A stretch of DNA of 64,000 bases, from contig OZ316897.1 of assembly GCA_973895155.1 (NCBI GenBank), forward strand, positions 5,903,327-5,967,326, written 5' to 3'. Below are positions 62,578 to 64,000 of this stretch, piece by piece. The position numbers and the translations under genes were made by a program. Each line of letters opens with the position of its first letter. Positions within the stretch are counted from its first letter, which is position 1. This stretch comes from Marsupella aquatica (taxonomy: Eukaryota > Plantae > Marchantiophyta). The notes under the pieces were generated by a model. That model saw only the letters and a program-made list of their open reading frames with translations. It ran no database searches and was not told where the DNA came from.

Positions 62578-64000
62578 GATGTGGGAAGTCGATCCAAGAA
62601 AATGAAGCAAGTTTAGTGGTAGGGAATTTTTGAGAGGGCAGAGATGAAGCTGAGATTGGGAGGAAAAAGAGATCGGGCTAAGGAAAAGCAAAGGGAACGA
62701 TGACTTAAGAAGATTGAGAAAAATGATGTTGACAGTGCTGCTTAAGGAAGTCGATTGAGAAATCTGGGAGTTAAAAATTGAAAAAAGATTGGGAGTTCAG
62801 GAGGATGAGTGAACGTTGCCGAACATTTCTGTTGGAGTAAGCAAGAAGAAGAGTCAAGGGAAACCGGCAACAGAAGACAAAGTTTCATGAAAAAGCTTAG
62901 AATAAGAATGGCAAATACTTGAAAGGATGATTGTAAGGTGGATAACCGCTTAAAAGTTTTACTTGTAGAAAGTGGATTGGTGATAGGAAAAGTGAAATAA
63001 CTTGGAGTACTTAGTTTAACTAGAGGAAGAAAGGAAATACAGCAGAATGGCCGGGAGGAATTATTTTTTGTTGTGGGATTGGAAGAACGAGGAGAGGAAG
63101 AAGAAAGGGCAAGAGGAAGAGAGCAAGAGAAACGAATATGTGAAAGAAGCTCATCGGAGATTGAAGCTATGTTTGAAGTGCCTAGGGGAAACCATTGATG
63201 ACCTCTAGACCGAGACCTGACCTAACCTGATGACCTGAGTGAACTGGATTTAGCATGGAAATCCGAGCTAGAGGACGGGAAATCAAAGAAAACTCTTTGT
63301 AACTTCAAACCAAAACTTTTTTTAAATAAAAGACACAATTAAGAAGTTTGGGATTACTTTTTGACGTGGCAATAATGAGTTGTGTAATACACTAGATTAG
63401 TTCAAAATCAAAAAGAGTATGTAGTATTGCACTAAGGACATAAATCAGCATTTAATGCCCAAAACTCGGTATTCGATCTCATGAAAGAACAAGTAAGGAA
63501 TGATTTTCTATCGTTTAACACTTATGAATGACTAAGGTAACAAAAACACAGGTTTGAGCCTTTTACTATGATTGCTCAGCAAGGCATAGATTTGAATGTT
63601 TGCTTAACATTATAAATGCAATTAATAAAATAGAAACAAATAACAAAACACAATAAAATCTTGAGGATGATGAGGGGGTCTGGAAAACACCAAGGTAACT
63701 TCTCAACAACACTTCATTTGATGTGATTTGAGTGGTATATCTGTAAGAACATTTCTGGAATAGTTTACTGTACTAGGATGATTACTAAAATGCCGTCAAC
63801 ACGTCTCAACTTTTCCTTCCAAAGGTACTCAGAAGAAACTAGTAATCAATCACTTCGATATCCAGTAGGTACTCTGAGTCACGAATAATAAACACCATCA
63901 TGATCAAATTGAAGTCACAGGTAATTGGTGAGTAACAATCTTTGCATCCCATGCACAAGCAATGTCACGCCAAAAACTATGCATCAAGAACTCAAGAAGA

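Noticed and set aside
62583-64000. Possible decayed coding or TE sequence around the Copia-3 target site
   Set aside because: Purine-rich but no ORF of 60 aa or more and no diagnostic motif; left unannotated.

Overview
This is eukaryotic land-plant DNA. The TE families and gene structures look like those of a non-seed plant such as a liverwort, but that assignment is inference. A TE-free island (~18.6-32.4 kb) holds two convergent host genes: a 2-exon ARM-repeat/TPR protein (+) and a 14-exon K+-independent type II H+-pyrophosphatase (AVP2/VHP2 type, -). Both flanks are nested, mostly decayed transposons: three related Tnt1/Tork-like Copia elements (one full length with a 5-bp TSD), a solo LTR, a Bianca-type LTR+PBS, two Gypsy pol regions (one with a chromodomain), two LINE pieces, a PIF/Harbinger fragment and four copies of a PMD-like/coiled-coil accessory ORF family. 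Three signals stand out. (1) At ~38.3-40.5 kb an intron-containing gene has the motif order of a beta-class N4C/N6A DNA amino-methyltransferase and sits before CACTA-like subterminal repeats and a CACTA-like terminus. (2) Two divergent Copia elements carry an in-frame UGA at the same gag/pol position, a candidate for programmed readthrough. (3) An 18-bp dimeric array has 5 versus 11 units in the two LTRs of one element. All family assignments come from motif recognition by eye; no searches were run.
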